A stretch of DNA of 64,000 nucleotides, from positions 87,296,001 through 87,360,000 of the forward strand of contig OX597825.1 of NCBI GenBank assembly GCA_951406725.2. Direction: 5' to 3'. The stretch comes from Octopus vulgaris. Lineage: Eukaryota. This document shows positions 57,926 through 64,000 of this stretch, in pieces. The position numbers and the translations under genes are program-made. The notes below the pieces were generated by a model. The model worked only from the letters and a program-made list of their open reading frames with translations, searched no databases and was not told where the DNA came from. How positions within the stretch are numbered: the first letter of the stretch is position 1; each line of letters begins with the position of its first letter.

Positions 57926-58579
57926 AGTAAAATGTATACATTTATGTACGTATGTATGTATGTATGTATGTATGTATGTATGCATGCATGTATCTGTACG
58001 TTTATGTGTTGCAAGGAACTTCACATGACACCCTGTATTGAAGCATAATTTATTTACAGCAAACATTGTCAATGAAGGCATATATATATATATATGTATA
58101 TATATGCGTACACTGTTGTTTCCTAGTGGTTATTAATTAATTAATTAATTAATTAATTACTTAATTCGTTAAAGTATTTCATCACGCAACTCATACTTTT
58201 TTGAAACAATGCAACTCACCAGGCAAGAAAAATGGCGGGAAAACCGTTCCAAATGAAGTCAGTGTTTCTATGATTGCTTTGCGGTGAAAAAACCAGACAA
58301 TTAATTGATTAATGACAAATAAAAGTCCTACAACCAGTTTGTGTGTGTGTGTGTGTGTGTATGAGTGTGTATGTGTGTGTGTGAGTGTTTGTGATTTTAT
58401 AACGCGAATGATATTCCTAAGTGCAGTGCCCACACATATGCAAACACTTGTACATAATCAGACACACACGCACACCCTCTAATGCGCGTGCGCACATAGA
58501 CAAACACACACACACATATATATTTATATATAGACACTCACACCTATATGTATATATACATATATATATACATATATAC

Positions 58580-58656
<77 letters not shown>

Positions 58657-58754
58657 ATTTCAACAATTGAGGGTAAAATTAATGAATTATTAATCAATTT
58701 CACCAAGTATTCAGTATGTAAAGGGACCATTATTTTACTAAGCCCTTATATATA

Positions 58755-58803
<49 letters not shown>

Positions 58804-58805
<2 letters not shown>

Positions 58806-58922
58806 TTATGGCCATATCACGTTGAAAGCATCGGTTCTCGTCCGATCACCGAAGTTAAGCAACATTGAGCCTAGTCAGTACTTAGATGGGTGACCGTTTG
58901 GGAAACCTGGGTGCTGTAAGCA
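58804..58922 (+). rRNA. Full-length 5S rRNA-like sequence, probably a pseudogene or the head of a 5S-derived SINE
   Basis: About 119 nt GCTTATGGCCATATCACGTTGAAAGCATCGGTTCTCGTCCGATCACCGAAGTTAAGCAACATTGAGCCTAGTCAGTACTTAGATGGGTGACCGTTTGGGAAACCTGGGTGCTGTAAGCA; terminal stem and A/C boxes recognisable; no oligo-T terminator follows; solitary intronic copy. Confidence 0.9.
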
Positions 58923-58992
58923 TTCCTCATTTCAGCAGTGGTGCCCCAGCATCGCCGCGGCCTTCGGGCTAAAAATTTTAAAGGATTTAAGG

Positions 58993-58996
<4 letters not shown>
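58804..58996 (+). mobile_element. 5S rRNA-derived SINE (SINE3-like) inserted in a (TA)n tract
   Basis: 5S head, then a tail GGTGCCCCAGCATCGCCGCGGCC resembling SINE tails at about 11475 and 19625, then terminal (AAGGATTT)x2; (TA)n on both sides. Confidence 0.7.
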
Positions 58997-59055
<59 letters not shown>

Positions 59056-59334
59056 CGTATGTAGAGCTTAAAATTCAAGAAAGGGTGCGATTAAGGGAAA
59101 ATATTGATAGACAAAAATGAAAATAGAAATAATGGTTTGGGGTAAAATATATAAACTAGTAAAGGAGTGTGTAGGGGTGGGGTAACACATGTAAATATTT
59201 GTTCATAGAAAATGTATTTAGAAAATAGAAACATTTCCGGATCTGTCGGCTCGTGTAATGAGTATTTCTCACTGTCGAGTTTTACACGGGTTGCATCGAG
59301 GGAAAACACATTGCATTCTAAATTCTAGAAAAAT

Positions 59335-59551
59335 GTTGGTCTCAAATTTTGGCACAAGACCAGCAATTTCTGGTAGGGAGAACGGTTTTGATTATATCGA
59401 CCACAGTGCTCAACTGGTACTTATGTTATCGACCCCGATAGGATGAATGATAAAGTCGACATCAGTGGAATTTGAACTTAGAACGCGAAGACGAACGAAA
59501 TGCCGCTAAGCTTATTGCAAAGTGGTACCGATTCTGCCAGTTCGCTGCCTT
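59335..59551 (-). mobile_element. tRNA-derived SINE, near full length
   Basis: Same family as 7363-7575: ...CAACTGGTACTTATGTTATCGACCCC...GGAATTTGAACT...ATTCTGCCAGTTCGCTGCC. Confidence 0.85.
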
Positions 59552-62500
59552 AATCTATGGAAAAAATATTGGAAATGGAAAACTATTGATAAAATTACAT
59601 TATATGTTTGCAACATATACTGTGTCAATCTATCGTAGGTATTGACCACGTAGACTGTCACTAAACATTACCACCGTTGATAAGGTACGAACCACCAACT
59701 GCGTTAATTGGTATTTCAGTATCTTACCTATTGAGACTGTCACAAACCTGGAGAATATGAAGGCGATATAATGAAGTAGAATTTCAAAAATCAATATTGT
59801 TTAGAAAGTATTTTTTCAATACTATTGTGTATTCAAAGACTAATTTCTTTCCAAATAATTATAAAAGATGTCAATCTGCGCAAAAATTGGAAAATTGCTC
59901 AAAAAATTTCGATATCAATTTATAGCTTAAATTCAAATCCCTCCTACGTCGCCTTCGATCTTCCTCCCCCAGGGCTTTTGCCGTCTCTACCAGTTAAATA
60001 CTTATCTCGATTTAATCAAGTTACATTCTGTACGTTGTGTTACTATGTGCCAATGTAAGAATTCAATAATTATGATCTAAAATACAACAGCAATTCAATC
60101 ATGTTGAATTGGAAAGAAACCATTTAAAAATTTGATAAGTTTGAATTCGTCGTAAAATTAGAAGCTGTTAAACGATTACTTTACTTGCGAAAGAGGAGAC
60201 ATTTTCAATTTTCCTAAAATTATTAATGGTTATGGATAATAATGTATAAAAGAAATCACATGATATATACATCAATCAGGATTAATTAATGCAGAGAAAT
60301 ATATTTTTTTAATGGCATTCAGCAAATTGGTAAGGAATTAAACATTGTCTTATTGTAAATACTATAATATATTTATCCGATGTTTCCATAATAAATGATA
60401 TTTGTAAGTTGTTCTTGTGTTTTCGATATGTTCATAGTCTTGTCAACAATATAGTCAACGTTTTCAAGGTTGTGGCTTACATTTTGAACGATATGTAGCA
60501 TATAATTACATTCCATTGTGTCTATATTTTATAAAATACGCTCTCGTCATATACTCATGGTGATGCCCCCTGATCACAGCTAATTCTACAAATTTCAGGC
60601 CAGTATTCTAATATCAGAAAATCGATATTTTGCTATCTATTCTCTGTATCCATAAGGAGAGTACAGGAGGCGGTCGAAAAAGTGCGGGCTAAAACTACGC
60701 GCCTTCACTAGTCAGTTTAGGTGAGACAGTGTCATGTGACAACTTGCTGGGGCTGCCTGCTGGAGTCTGTGCGGCAGGTATTTAAAGGGAGAAATTTGAC
60801 AAGACAGTCAGTCACCGGCTGACACTCGCTGACGATACATCGAAGAGGCCAGGGAACAGAAGAAAGAAGAAAAGAAGTCATGCACCCAACACCAGAGCTG
60901 AATACACCTCCGAAAGAGGGTGGGGGGCGCCACGTCAAAACGGTAGAGGAGTAGGGGCCGAAACCGGACGTGGTTCCTCCTGATGATGTCTTGAGCTAAC
61001 TGGATCCTATAAAGGAGCTGTTGTGGTAGCAGACCACGAAACACGGTGGTAATTCCTCCTATTTTAACGACGTTTAAATATCGATTCCAGAAGTAGGGAC
61101 TCGAACTAAGTATTTTGACGGATTTATTGCTTCTAATTAATTGGCAATTATTATGCTGAGTCAATAATGATGAAATTCCATAATTAAAGGCAGTGGTATT
61201 CGACTTACGTAACAACTTTTTATAAATATTTTAAAAGTATTTATTGGAACTCTGTGTGGGTTCCAGCACCTTCATGGGCTGCAGTTGTCTCACTCCAAGG
61301 GAAGCTACTCCAATCATGTTGGAAAAATATTATTTGACAGCTCTAACTGCTAAACCGAGGTTTGGATAAATATTCTGGTATTTATTTTTGTAGAAATTCC
61401 AATTATGTTAACACGAATAAAATAACAATCAGTATGAGAATCTCTTATTATTGTTTCCATATCATTGTTATGGAAGCAAGAATCAAATGTAGCAGAGTTT
61501 TATAAGAGGGACTGAGTTTTGTGATTCTTGTAACAGTGCGAAAATATTTGAATGCTATTTTACATTCACGGAAACTGATCAAATGGCAATGATCTGAACA
61601 AATATTCTAGAAAATGCAAAATGTATCGAGTATAATTTCAAAGAAAATATAGGTTTTCTTATGCCATAATAATATATGCTACCAAGATTCTAAATTAGTT
61701 TAGAAATTAGCAGAAAAAGTACATTTGGACCTCTTAGAATGATGTTTTTGAGACAAGAAATACAATTAAACAATTTCCTACAACATTCCTCGGCAGAATT
61801 CTACCTGACTACAATTCCCACCCTACCATCGTCGGTCTACCCAGATACAGGATGACTATGCAGTGATTTCTAACGGTATATCAGCGGGTTTAGTCCCAAA
61901 CAAGGAGGGGATCTCTAAAAAATGAGGGAGAAATATATGCGAACAGCGTTTGACAGGGAGACGTTAAAACCAGCATCAAACTGATAAATGTGTATATGTA
62001 AAACTCAGCTGGACCAAACCACGTTGCGACGCATCACACATCCACCTACGTATCTTAATAATGGCAATCATAACCTTGTATTATCTGCGGAATGAAGTTC
62101 ATTTCATCTACATCGACGATTTAACAGAAAATATAAGGAATGTTACGCGATTATATTTTCTTGTCTAATACCACTGTGACTACAAACGATAGAATAACGG
62201 AATATTTTCCTTTTTAATTATGGCAATAAATTTTACCCCAAGCAAGCTATCAAACTGATTCTTTATAAATTCTGTAAAAGACCCATCCTCAAATATTACC
62301 CCTGCTATGGAATTCGTTTAAATTCATTAAATATTATATTGCTAAGCTTTGTGTTACCATTCTGAAAATTGCCATTTTAATGCCATCATTGTCATAATGA
62401 TGATATAAAAAGTAAAATATATTTCATTGAATTATTTGAAGCTGTTAAAAAACACAACTAACGATGGGCTATAAAGATATTTTACGTGAAAAACTGCTTA

Positions 62501-62946
62501 CTAAATTGATATATATGGAACAATTCATTCAAAAACACTTCAGTCTCTGCCTTATCTAGCGATATATTCTATAGCTGAGATCTTTTTGTCGAAAAATATA
62601 TATTGTATTATAACGGTTATAGTTTAAACATTTAACACATATTCACACGCACCTACTCACAAGATCACTAATATATTGTGACTCATGCTGATACATATAC
62701 ACACCCTACCCCTACACATACACACATACACACACACACTCGCATAGACGTATTTATTATATACGTAACACATCCATTCAGTTCATATACACATATATTG
62801 TGTGTATTTTTCAGTAATATATGCTACTGGTAATATATGCTATTGGTACATACTCTATACATACCGCACGCATGCTTATACGTGCAATATGTATATATAA
62901 TATATACATATGCAAGCAGGTAAGAATATCCATAAACCAATATATA

Positions 62947-62981
<35 letters not shown>

Positions 62982-64000
62982 CATACATATATGTGCATGG
63001 TTATATATGTACTTATGCATACACCCTTACATATATACAAGATCTTTGGAATTCGTGTGTGTACAAGTAACATTGAAAACACCTTGTAGGTGTGTTGTCA
63101 GAAGATATGTTACCAAATGTAAAATATTGATTTAAACCAGCAAAGATTTGGGCCGGACCTTTTTTGAGAAACATTCAGAAAAATTGTGAATTATATATTA
63201 TATAAATGTGGCTAACCTTTAAGGGTTGATGTCACTTTTAGTTGGCTAATATAATTCACAACATCGTGCTGTTACTGTTTATATCTCGCTCAGAGATTTA
63301 TTATATTCAGTAAAATATCATATTTTATTGAAAATATTTAGACAACTGAACCTGTATTTTGTGTAAATAAATAATTAATGTGTGTGTATGGATGCGTACA
63401 TGTGTGAAGCAACTCAGTTTATGAAGCTTTAAGTGTTTCTGAGTTATTAAGTATTTACATAATAGATGTAAGAGACGTAAGAGACCTATGACACTTTGTG
63501 GTTAACTGGAAGAACCTGATATTTCTCAGAAGCAATGACTAAAGTAAAGAAAATTTAAACGACTACAACCAGAGAATAAAGATTTGAAGCTGATTCACAG
63601 CGAGCTTATAATAAACAGGCGATATTTTGATATATTTATTTACATAAATATATTTTTGCACATTTAGATATAGATATAATATATCTCGTGTGATCGCTGC
63701 ATCAGAAGAGAGGAAATTAAGTAACCCCTAACAAATATATTGGCCATTGATCTTACTTTTATTGAAAGCCTGAAATAAAATCGCCATTTTCCCCAGCCAC
63801 GTATATATTTTCCCCTCATTAATTATCACCAGCAAAGGCGGTTTTACTCTCTGCCTTTTTATCACCTGCCACACTTCAATGCTTTCTTTGGTTTAGAATA
63901 AACTCCAGGATCCGAGGTCAGTGATGTCAGTCTGTGTTGGTAAGCACTGATCCATTATTTGTCTTTAAGTTCGAAGAAAAGTTCGTTGAGTTCACTTGCT

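Noticed and set aside
57106-64000. Search for the next neprilysin exon (expected phase-2 start, ..ANY..WR motif) and HExxH exons
   Set aside because: No matching exon found by eye; presumably beyond the window end

Overview
AT-rich, microsatellite-dense animal genomic DNA. The SINE, LINE and Penelope content and the simple-repeat load point to an octopus or other coleoid cephalopod (inference). The only well-supported host gene is an M13 (neprilysin/ECE-family) zinc metallopeptidase on the + strand. Seven GT-AG exons (25543-57105, 904 nt, all splice phases compatible) encode the stalk and most of the Peptidase_M13_N domain. The signal-anchor exon was not confidently found, and the HExxH catalytic exons presumably lie beyond the window. 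Introns and upstream DNA hold tRNA-derived SINEs, R4/Dong-type RLE LINE relics tied to (TAA)n arrays, a young RTE fragment, Penelope-like relics and a 5S rRNA-headed SINE-like insert. Most notable: (1) minimal type-I hammerhead ribozyme folds with non-canonical cores in three unrelated repeat families (CUGU-N-GAA twice independently, A3-U8 once); (2) the 5S-headed retroposon; (3) conserved M13 residues that A-to-I editing would restore; (4) candidate alternative first exon and microexons. Nearly all entries in the supplied ORF track are microsatellite artefacts.
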